Shown here: piece by piece, positions 63,476-64,000 of the stretch
How positions within the stretch are numbered: the first letter of the stretch is position 1
Layout of the letters: the number at the start of each line of letters is the position of its first letter
Made by a program: the position numbers and the translations under genes
Assembly (NCBI GenBank): GCA_044345375.1
Contig: JBIJBF010000005.1
Location: 19,932 to 83,931, forward strand
Length of the DNA stretch: 64,000 nucleotides
Direction of reading: 5' to 3'
Source of the DNA: Alphaproteobacteria bacterium
Lineage (GTDB): Bacteria; Pseudomonadota; Alphaproteobacteria; CAISOG01
The notes under the pieces: generated by a model
The model's input: the letters and a program-made list of their open reading frames with translations, nothing else
What the model was told of the DNA's origin: nothing
The model's database searches: none

Positions 63476-64000
63476 ATCGGCCGAATGCTTTGTCTATATC
63501 ACCCTGCCCGGCGCAACCGAGCCGGTAACCGCCGGGCGCTATACGCTGGCCGCTGATCGGCAGGGGGGTGCGCTGGGGCGTTTTGTCTACGGCAAATCCT
63601 ATCTGGCGCGCACCGATGCTGTCCCGTTTGATCCGATCGAACTAAGGCTTAACGATCGCGTGTTTGAGACCGGCAATCTGGGCGGCATGTTTGGTGCCTT
63701 GCGCGATGCAGGGCCCGATTATTGGGGGCGCCGGATTATCGAACGGCATGCGGGCAAGCCACATTTAAGCGAAATCGATTACCTGCTCTATTCGCCTGAC
63801 GATCGTGCCGGCGCGTTGGGTTTTGGCCTGAACCAGACGCCGCCTGCGCCCAAGCGTTTGTTCAACCAGACGCTGGAATTGGTGAAGCTGCAAGAAATTG
63901 CCGACGCGATTGTCAGGGATGAGGAGTTGCCCACGCATGCGGCAGAGGCACAAGCGCTTGATCTGATGCTGGCCGGCACATCCATGGGCGGCGCGCGGCC
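63465..64000 (+). CDS. hipA: HipA-family serine/threonine kinase toxin, N-terminal part (runs off the window)
   Basis: HipA N-terminal/coupling-domain pattern (YITLPGATEPVTAGRY...GRFVYGKSYLARTDAVPFDPIELRL, GALRDAGPDYWGRR, LLAGTSMGGAR). GGGAGGAA Shine-Dalgarno. Frame still open at the window end. Confidence 0.65.
   Translation, partial: MTSKSAECFVYITLPGATEPVTAGRYTLAADRQGGALGRFVYGKSYLARTDAVPFDPIELRLNDRVFETGNLGGMFGALRDAGPDYWGRRIIERHAGKPHLSEIDYLLYSPDDRAGALGFGLNQTPPAPKRLFNQTLELVKLQEIADAIVRDEELPTHAAEAQALDLMLAGTSMGGAR

Overview
This 64 kb window reads as a GC-rich alphaproteobacterial chromosome segment with dense, mostly housekeeping coding on both strands. All calls below come from reading the six-frame translations and the DNA by eye; no database search or computation was run, so every family assignment is a hypothesis to confirm.

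Recognisable genes:
- Envelope and transport: mlaC, a MAPEG-family protein, bamE, ampG, lpxB, ppiD, and a Gld-like ABC transporter module (ATPase, ABC-2 permease, GldG-like, DUF4340).
- Cofactor and amino-acid metabolism: pdxH, bioA, ribA, ribD, trpE, and a reverse-transsulfuration pair (cystathionine beta-synthase plus a Cys/Met-metabolism PLP enzyme).
- Translation: proS of the archaeal/eukaryote-like type, serS, rplU, rpmA, hpf, tRNA-Arg(CCG) and tRNA-His(GTG).
- Flagellar export: fliQ-fliR-flhB.
- Respiration: cytochrome bc1 (petABC) and cytochrome c maturation (ccmG/ccmH).
- DNA and cell cycle: uvrA, comEC, comF, mipZ.
- Other: a P1B-type metal ATPase, a hybrid sensor kinase with a separate Hpt gene divergent from a SixA-like phosphatase, and a hipBA toxin-antitoxin pair at the right edge (hipA runs off the window).

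Features beyond ordinary gene content:
- A four-gene chaperone-usher-like secretion locus (23.4-28.4 kb) whose putative subunits are two small secreted DUF4402/SCPU-like beta-sandwich proteins. This is the strongest candidate for an uncharacterised surface-fibre system.
- Two families of dispersed MITE-like repeats: family A with six copies or remnants, family B with three. Family B twice supplies the TAG stop codon of the upstream gene.
- One family-A copy truncates tsaB.
- A composite scar of a half family-A copy, an ISAs1-type transposase N-terminal remnant and a perfect 26-bp-arm palindrome.
- An AT-rich 480 bp island next to tRNA-Arg with tandem promoter-like elements and direct repeats.
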